The notes under the pieces were generated by a model, which had not been told where the DNA came from, made no database searches, and saw only the letters and a program-made list of their open reading frames with translations. From an uncultured archaeon (lineage in GTDB: Archaea; Asgardarchaeota; Lokiarchaeia; Sigyniarchaeales; SOKP01), in contig CAYPFJ010000013.1 of NCBI GenBank assembly GCA_964409945.1, forward strand, positions 1,996-65,995: DNA of 64,000 nucleotides. The letters are read 5' to 3'. A program made the translations under genes and the position numbers. Positions 57,814 through 64,000 of this stretch are shown in pieces. Position 1 is the first letter of the stretch, and each line of letters starts with the position of its first letter.

Positions 57814-59358
57814 ATGAAAAAAATAAATTTAAAAGCTAAATTAGCTCTAGGGTTAACAATCATTCTTTTGTTCCTTCCATTGATTTCAAGTTTCACTATT
57901 TTGAAAGATAATCCTCGAATCAATATAGATGTACCAAAAAACATCAAGAGTTCTCAAGCAGAAATATTTGATGGTATGGTCATAAATTATACATTTTATA
58001 TTTCGGGAACCCAACATAATTCAGGATTCAGCTATGAATACGATTCTGGTAATAATTTTAATGTATTGAGTTGGTTTAGCGGTGTGGGACTTAGTAGATG
58101 GGTTGAGGATGAAACTACTCGCCAAATTAGTATGTCAAGTGGACCAATTACCTTTACTGATGGATCACATGCCCCACTTTGGATTTTTACAAATGTTAGT
58201 CTTTACGACCTTGTACCAATTGTAGTAGATGGCGAGGGAGACCATATATTTAATATAACGAAACAAAAAATTTTTAATATTCCGGGATTTGGATCTGTTG
58301 AAGTCTGGCAGTTGGAAGATTTGACTTTACCGGGAGGAATTGCATGGTATGAAAAGAGTACTGGAATTTTAATTAAAGGATACTTTATTTATGGAATTGG
58401 CGATTATATATTTGAATTTTTTAATACTAATGCTGTTTTTAGCAATGTCCCACCCGTTTCTGGATTATTTGATGGATTATATATGGATTATATAGTGTAC
58501 GGAGAGACTACAAGTCTCCCTTTAAAAATTCAGTATACAGGATATTCAGTTAATATATACAATTGCACTTCAGATTTATCTCCGATAGGTGTTGATAACT
58601 GGACTGATGATACCACAACTAGAATTATGAGCAATGACGCAGGTACTGGAATGAGTTTCTTTCCAGGCTTATATACTCCATTTTGGATATTTACTAACGT
58701 TTCATTAGGATCTAATGTACCTATTGCTGTTGATGCAGAAGGAGATCATATTTTCGAGGTTAAAAAGAGCGTTAATTCAGAGTTTCCTGGATTTGGACTT
58801 ATTAGCATTTGGGAACTTGAAGATCTAGATGGTTTCGGGGGATTAGTATGGTATGAAAAGAATTCAGGAATTTTATTAAATGGTACATTTTTTTGGGGAT
58901 CTGGAATGGGTAATTATTCTTTTATGTTGCAAGATACTAATGCTGTATTTGGATATCTGCGTCCATATTCTTTTACTCTCTCAACAAACGCAACCAATCC
59001 AGATACCGACGGAATTTTTGATTTAGAATGGACAAACTCAGAATCTGCGAAGAATTATTCTATCTATGAATACTCACACTATATTACTGAATTTAATGGG
59101 AGTTTAACATCCATTGCATTGGAAACCACAAATATGACCAAGCATCTAAGTGGATATAACACGGGAGAATATTATTTTGCAGCTGTCGCTAAAAATAATT
59201 ATGGTATAACTCTCTCTAACTGTATTAAGATTACGGTAACCATCCCCTCAACAGGGGGAGGGATCCCAGGATATAGTATATTCTTTATAATATTAGCGGG
59301 ATTAAGCATTTCTATGATAATACTCAAAAAATCAAAAGCAATCCGTACAATAAAATAA
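57814..59358 (+). CDS. Cell-surface protein with a signal peptide, two copies of the unnamed module shared with the S8 protease, an FN3-like module and a C-terminal IPGY + TM + basic tail
   Basis: The signal-like N-terminus is LALGLTIILLFLPLISS. The repeats contain PLWIFTNVSL...VDGEGDHIF...VEVWQLEDL...GGIAWYEKSTGIL and PFWIFTNVSL...VDAEGDHIF...ISIWELEDL...GGLVWYEKNSGIL. The C-terminus is IPGYSIFFIILAGLSISMIILKKSK. Confidence 0.85.
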   Translation: MKKINLKAKLALGLTIILLFLPLISSFTILKDNPRINIDVPKNIKSSQAEIFDGMVINYTFYISGTQHNSGFSYEYDSGNNFNVLSWFSGVGLSRWVEDETTRQISMSSGPITFTDGSHAPLWIFTNVSLYDLVPIVVDGEGDHIFNITKQKIFNIPGFGSVEVWQLEDLTLPGGIAWYEKSTGILIKGYFIYGIGDYIFEFFNTNAVFSNVPPVSGLFDGLYMDYIVYGETTSLPLKIQYTGYSVNIYNCTSDLSPIGVDNWTDDTTTRIMSNDAGTGMSFFPGLYTPFWIFTNVSLGSNVPIAVDAEGDHIFEVKKSVNSEFPGFGLISIWELEDLDGFGGLVWYEKNSGILLNGTFFWGSGMGNYSFMLQDTNAVFGYLRPYSFTLSTNATNPDTDGIFDLEWTNSESAKNYSIYEYSHYITEFNGSLTSIALETTNMTKHLSGYNTGEYYFAAVAKNNYGITLSNCIKITVTIPSTGGGIPGYSIFFIILAGLSISMIILKKSKAIRTIK

Positions 59359-59402
59359 TCTCAATTAAATCTAATAACTTTTTTTTCTTTTATTAATTTT
59401 TA

Positions 59403-59933
59403 TCAAAACTTTTTATTTTTAAATAGGTTTAAAGAATAATCAACAATTTTTTGGGCATCATTGGCTCCTTTCCATTCCTTAAATTTAACCCATTTATGTG
59501 GCTCTAATCTTTTATATGTCTCATAGAATTCTTGAATTTCTTTAAGTTTGTGGCCATGTATATCTTGAATATCATTATATCCACTAAATCTCGGATCATT
59601 AACTATAACAGAAAGAATTTTTGGGTCATCTCCATGTTCATCTTCGATAATTAACGCACCTATAACTCGCACTTTTACAACACACCCCACTTCGAGTGGT
59701 TCATAACTCAATACCATTATATCTAAAGGATCATCATCATCTGACCAAGTTTGAGGGATAAAACCATACTCAACAGGAAAAATAACAGAGGAGGGAATAA
59801 CTCTATCTAATACAAAAACTTCCCATTCAGAGTTATACTCATACTTATCTCTTGAACCACTAATGACTTCGATAACTGCATTTAAAGTAATTGGCGGATT
59901 ATCTCCAGAAGGAACATCTTTCCATAGATTCAT
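59403..59933 (-). CDS. ppa: Inorganic pyrophosphatase, family I
   Basis: VIEVISGSRDKYEY, YGFIPQTWSDDDDPLDIMVL and DDPKIL. Confidence 0.93.
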   Translation of the reverse strand: MNLWKDVPSGDNPPITLNAVIEVISGSRDKYEYNSEWEVFVLDRVIPSSVIFPVEYGFIPQTWSDDDDPLDIMVLSYEPLEVGCVVKVRVIGALIIEDEHGDDPKILSVIVNDPRFSGYNDIQDIHGHKLKEIQEFYETYKRLEPHKWVKFKEWKGANDAQKIVDYSLNLFKNKKF

Positions 59934-60014
59934 ACATATCTAAATTTAAATAAATTTTTAAAATATTAGTTCTTAATTGCCAAAATATTTATAAATTCTA
60001 ATATAAGATGATCT

Positions 60015-60506
60015 ATGGTTCGTCCTTGGTATTGGCCCAAAGAGGGTATTCCTGAAAAAACTGTGCCATTTACTTAGATTGTGAAGGAAAGAATTGCAGC
60101 GTCGTGGTGGCCAGATACACTCTTATTTGAGCAATATAAAAAGGAAGGTATAAAAGCTATTATAAATTGTTCGGAATTCGATTATCGAAAAGATTTCCCA
60201 AATGAGTTTCACTATTTTCACATAAACATACCTGATTTTGGAACTCCAACAGATTCTCAAATAGAAAAATTCTTAGAGATTACACGTAAGTGTGGAGCGA
60301 ACAGAGATCCAATTGTTGTACATTGCGTAGCAGGTTGTGGAAGAACAGGTATAATGATCGTAGCATGGGCTGCTTTTAATGGTTATATTCCAAATGGATT
60401 GGATCCAGTAAAATGGATTCGAAAACTCAGACCGTGTTCATTAGAAACAAAGGAACAAATGGAATTAGCGCGAAAAATAGCTAAAAAGTATCGAAAATAT
60501 CATTAA
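60015..60506 (+). CDS. Cys-based protein tyrosine/dual-specificity phosphatase; track ORF starts at GTG 60081, but an ATG at 60015 is in frame and separated only by a TAG (60075..60077)
   Basis: The active site is VHCVAGCGRTG (HCx5R). The upstream in-frame segment is MVRPWYWPKEGIPEKTVPFT-TAG-IVKERIAASWWP. Confidence 0.8.
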
Positions 60507-60589
60507 TGTAAAGTATATAAGAATAGAATTTATTTTATTATTAAGATTATAATTTTTAATTGCCATATCGTATATATTATTAGATACTT

Positions 60590-61753
60590 ATGCAAAAATC
60601 AGACTACATTTATATGATAACTGATAATATTATGGTATATCAGATTAATTTACCCACCGATTTTCGCGGAAATCAATTACATGAGCATCTTAATAGCTTC
60701 GATGAAAAATTTCTTAGTATAATTGCAGGATTCGATAAAAATTTCTTAGAACACTTCTTAATTATATCAAAAGGAAGAAGTCAAGAAGATATTGCTGAAA
60801 TACTTAGAAAAATGGAAAAAATTTCTCATATGATCGGACCAACAGGAAATTTAAATTATCTCACACCTAATCAAATCCAATATATCCTCACTAAATTAGG
60901 TTCACTCAATGTAAGCGAAATAAAAGAGGAAAATATTAGCCAAATTGCTGATGAACAAATAGAAAAAGAATTTGGAACCACCTACAGCGGATCATCTGCA
61001 TTAGAACAACAGCTTGCTAGTGCAGCATTTTATTTACAATCAATTGGATATAATATTCAAGAGATACAGGAGAAATTCAATGAAGTAAGACAAGATCCCT
61101 CCAAATTGGATACCTTATTTACATTATCGCCTCAAGAAATTATAAGTGTACCTGCAGAAATCCAAACAAGGGACACTCCTCCATCAAGGGTTCAACAAGC
61201 TTCAACAACACAATCTACTTCTATTGATAGAAGCCAACAAACTCAAAATGACATCGATCAACATGTAACATCAATTGAACATGAAATTACGGGAGAACGA
61301 GCAAAAAAAGTCGAAGAAATAATGGAACTTATAAAAGCACATGTTAAAGATAATATGAATGATAGTTATGAAAGAGTTTTTCGCCAAATCCATCCGGAAA
61401 GGTTAAATAAAGCTTACAAAATGTTAAAAGATACAAAAAGAAAATCAAAAAGAATGAATCTTTATTTAGAATGGTTCTTCTGCTCAAATCTCTTGTCCAA
61501 AATTGAACTGAAAGTAGAACATTGGCAAGTATCATCACAGGCTGGTCATGATCAAGCGGGAGTTTATACCGCGGGAATAGATTTCTCTCGTTATGATAAT
61601 ATTGTACGAGAATTTCCAGATGTCAAATTAACACAAGTAATAAACATTTCTAGACGATTATTACAAAATCCTACAAAAAATGCAATTCAAAAGTTAGCTA
61701 CAGACTTGGTAGCTGAGACTGGATTTGATGAACATCTTTATTTTACAGATTGA
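60590..61753 (+). CDS. Hypothetical protein (387 aa)
   Basis: Long clean ORF with a Gln/Ser/Thr-rich central linker (TPPSRVQQASTTQSTSIDRSQQTQ). No recognised motif. Confidence 0.5.
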   Translation: MQKSDYIYMITDNIMVYQINLPTDFRGNQLHEHLNSFDEKFLSIIAGFDKNFLEHFLIISKGRSQEDIAEILRKMEKISHMIGPTGNLNYLTPNQIQYILTKLGSLNVSEIKEENISQIADEQIEKEFGTTYSGSSALEQQLASAAFYLQSIGYNIQEIQEKFNEVRQDPSKLDTLFTLSPQEIISVPAEIQTRDTPPSRVQQASTTQSTSIDRSQQTQNDIDQHVTSIEHEITGERAKKVEEIMELIKAHVKDNMNDSYERVFRQIHPERLNKAYKMLKDTKRKSKRMNLYLEWFFCSNLLSKIELKVEHWQVSSQAGHDQAGVYTAGIDFSRYDNIVREFPDVKLTQVINISRRLLQNPTKNAIQKLATDLVAETGFDEHLYFTD

Positions 61754-61832
61754 AATCTATTTGAGAGTAAATAATTTCTTTTTTTAATTGTGTTACCTAA
61801 TATAGTAAAGATCAAATTTTGATAATTATGAG

Positions 61833-62652
61833 ATGAGAAAAAATTCCTTATTTTAGGTATAATGATATAGAAATAAATTATATAAAAAGAGGCAGAGGCG
61901 AACCTCTTTTAATGTTTCAAGGTCTTGGTCAATCTATTGGCAGTTGGACCTTCCAAATACCATTCTTTAAACGAAGAATGATGGTAATAGCATTAGATAA
62001 TCGGGGAATTGGAGAAAGTTCAAGACCAAACTATCCTTATACAATGGAGATGTTTATTGAGGAGACAAATGCTTTATTAGAATATTTACAAATAGAAGAT
62101 CAACTTCATGTAATAGGAATCAGTTTGGGAGGAATGATAGCTCAGCAGTTTGTCTTAAAATTCCCCAAAAAAGTAAAAACATTAATTTTGCTAGCAACAG
62201 CTGCGTATATGAACCCTCAACCTTTAATTGAGAAATATAGGTATTTTAAAGAAGATTTATCTTTAGAGGAGGCGTTTAGAGAACGACTTGAATTGATGTT
62301 TTCACAGGACTTTATTAAAAAGGTTCAAGAAGATGAAAATTTAGCTGAAACGCTTAAAAATAAGTTATTACTTGAGAATCCTCCTACAATGCAAGATTAT
62401 ATAAATCGTGGCGCTGCGATTGCTGAACATGATACTCGTGACTCTTTACATAAAATTACGCAACCAACCTTAATATTAACAGGTTCTAAGGATAAAATAA
62501 TAAATTTTAAGGAATCTGAATTTTTACATGAAAAAATTCCCCACTCAAAATTGGAAATAATTGAAGGCTATGGTCACGGCAGCTTGCTTATTGAGGATTT
62601 TGAAAAAATTAATACTATAATCTGGGATTTTATTCAACTTAATATGGGATAA
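61833..62652 (+). CDS. Alpha/beta-fold hydrolase; 5' end out of frame because of an A6 run at 38-43 of this kb (61838..61843)
   Basis: The nucleophile elbow is GISLGG, with GYGHGSLLIED near the C-terminus. The conserved N-terminal strand KIPYFRYNDIEINYIKRGRGEPLLMFQGLG is open upstream of the track start (61912) but lacks an in-frame ATG. The ATG at 61833 is one base out of frame. Confidence 0.75.
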
Positions 62653-62658
62653 AGAAGA

Positions 62659-64000
62659 TTATTTATCTTGTTTCTTGTAAATTGATTTACCTCTAATAAT
62701 AGTCTCTACAATCTTAATTTCTTTAATTTTATCTTTCGGAACATCAAGAGGATTTGTGTCCAATATAACTAAATCTGCTAATTTTCCAACTTCTATACTC
62801 CCTTTAACTTTTTCTTCAAATGCCCCATAAGCAGCATTAATGGTATAGGTTTTTAATGCTTCTTCCATTGTTAGACACTGCTCAGGAACAAATCCATTTC
62901 TGTTTACTAATGCGTGGAGTCCTAAAATAGGGTTAGGATCTTCGATTGGCGCGTCACTTCCGGATATAAGAACAACTCCACCTTCTATTATTGATTTCAT
63001 AGGATATGTATACTTACATCTTTCTTTTCCCAATCTTTTCTCAAGCCATTTATATTCTGAATTTATGAAAGGAGGTTGACATGATGCAATAATTCCATAC
63101 CTATTCATATCTTCTATAACATCATCAGTTAACATTGAGGCATGTTCAATTCTATGTCTATGATCTTTTCTCGGAAATTCGTTTAAAAGCTTTTTATATA
63201 GGTTTACACAGATTCTATTGCCTCTATCTCCAATTACATGAATAGCTATTTGCAATCCATTGTTATGAGCAACTCTCATCTTTTCATAGATTTCATCTTC
63301 ATCTACTACGCAAAATCCGCACCTATCAGGTGCGTCTGAAAAAGGTTCCCACAAACAAGCAGTTTTAGCTCCAAATGTACCATCGAGGAATAATTTTAGA
63401 CATCCAACTTTGAATTTACTATCCTCTTTGCCTCCATCCAACGGATATTTCTTAATTTTAAGTATTTTTTTTGGCTTATCAGTAGCTATAAGACCATACC
63501 AGTTCTGGAATATTTTCTCTTGAACCGATTTGAAAAGAGGTGTTTCAATAGGTCCAAGACTTCCACTTTCACGAGTTTTACCAAACTGAATAATTCCATG
63601 AATAGAAGTAATACCTTTTTCAGCTAATATTTTAAAAGCTTTTTCAGTATTTGCTTGAAAAAATTCCAATTCAGGAATGACATACTTATCAATCTTAGAA
63701 TAAACTAAAGTTAAGGCGTTTTCAGATATTACACCTGTTAGTTCTCCTTTTTCATTGATACTGATTTCCCCTCCCTCTGGTATTTTTGTATTAGTGTTAA
63801 TCTCAACTAATTCCAAAGCCTTTGAATTAGCAACGCCAATATGAGAATCGTATCGCAAAAGGAATACGGGATTCTCAGGGCATGCACTATCCAAATCCCA
63901 TCTTGAGGGTAAAACAGGAACTTTAAAATTCTCTTCATTTAAACGCAAACCAAGTATAAACTCTTGTTTACCTTTTATTTTTGCAGTTTCTCTTAAAATG
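62659..64000 (-). CDS. Amidohydrolase-3 (YtcJ-like metal-dependent hydrolase), partial; N-terminus lies beyond the window end
   Basis: HVIGDRGN, HRIEHASML and ISGSDAPIEDPNP. The frame stays open upstream of the track Met at 63948 to the window edge, and family members are longer. Confidence 0.8.
   Translation of the reverse strand, partial: ILRETAKIKGKQEFILGLRLNEENFKVPVLPSRWDLDSACPENPVFLLRYDSHIGVANSKALELVEINTNTKIPEGGEISINEKGELTGVISENALTLVYSKIDKYVIPELEFFQANTEKAFKILAEKGITSIHGIIQFGKTRESGSLGPIETPLFKSVQEKIFQNWYGLIATDKPKKILKIKKYPLDGGKEDSKFKVGCLKLFLDGTFGAKTACLWEPFSDAPDRCGFCVVDEDEIYEKMRVAHNNGLQIAIHVIGDRGNRICVNLYKKLLNEFPRKDHRHRIEHASMLTDDVIEDMNRYGIIASCQPPFINSEYKWLEKRLGKERCKYTYPMKSIIEGGVVLISGSDAPIEDPNPILGLHALVNRNGFVPEQCLTMEEALKTYTINAAYGAFEEKVKGSIEVGKLADLVILDTNPLDVPKDKIKEIKIVETIIRGKSIYKKQDK

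Noticed and set aside
45351-61538. Track ORFs 45351..45581(+), 45752..45994(+), 47057..47314(+), 49327..49521(-), 50353..50541(+), 50549..50884(+) and 61344..61538(-)
   Set aside because: They are antisense to the Roadblock-GTPases, thiDN, thiC and the 387-aa hypothetical gene, with no independent support.
1-64000. CRISPR arrays, rRNA genes, transposases/integrases/IS ends, prophage or defence-island signatures
   Set aside because: No spaced direct-repeat array is present, and no rRNA-like GC-rich conserved blocks. No ORF shows DDE/HUH/tyrosine-recombinase or Cas-like motifs. The only tandem repeats are the short in-gene repeats (RGG, KPS) and the 37-bp duplication reported above.

Overview
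This is a strongly AT-rich, gene-dense archaeal chromosome segment with no rRNA, CRISPR array, transposase or integrase. Archaeal markers are an HMf-type histone, an Sm/LSm protein, archaeal-type LeuRS, fused ThiD-ThiN, tungsten aldehyde:ferredoxin oxidoreductase with MoaD/SAMP-like beta-grasp genes, and one tRNA-Arg(CCU). Alongside these sit many eukaryote-signature-type proteins: three multidomain Ras/Rab-like GTPases (two with an N-terminal Roadblock/LC7 domain), a RING-H2+TPR protein, a zinc-ribbon+LRR protein, an FG-GAP beta-propeller protein and cold-shock proteins, one with an RGG tail. I infer an Asgard (Loki-type) genome from this mix. Other content is a Fur/PerR-like regulator divergent from a heme catalase, an acyl-CoA block (acetoacetyl-CoA synthetase, ADP-forming acyl-CoA synthetase alpha, ketopantoate-reductase-like gene, decayed family III CoA-transferase) and thiamine genes (thiDN, thiC). 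There is also a co-directional esterase / six tandem RimJ-like GNAT / GPH transporter cluster, and two large glycoprotein-like surface proteins (an S8 subtilase of 1572 aa and a 514-aa protein) that share an unnamed module and an IPGY+TM+basic C-terminal signal. The most unusual observation is that four otherwise intact reading frames are each interrupted by one in-frame TAG and never by TAA or TGA. One TAG sits exactly at the catalytic Gln of a GTPase DxxGQ motif. Other oddities are a 37-bp out-of-frame tandem duplication at a GNAT 5' end, a duplicated 3' gene remnant flanking a csp gene, an orphan histidine-kinase ATPase fragment, a homopolymer frameshift, and a perfect double-glycine-leader-like motif at the N-terminus of an aminotransferase.
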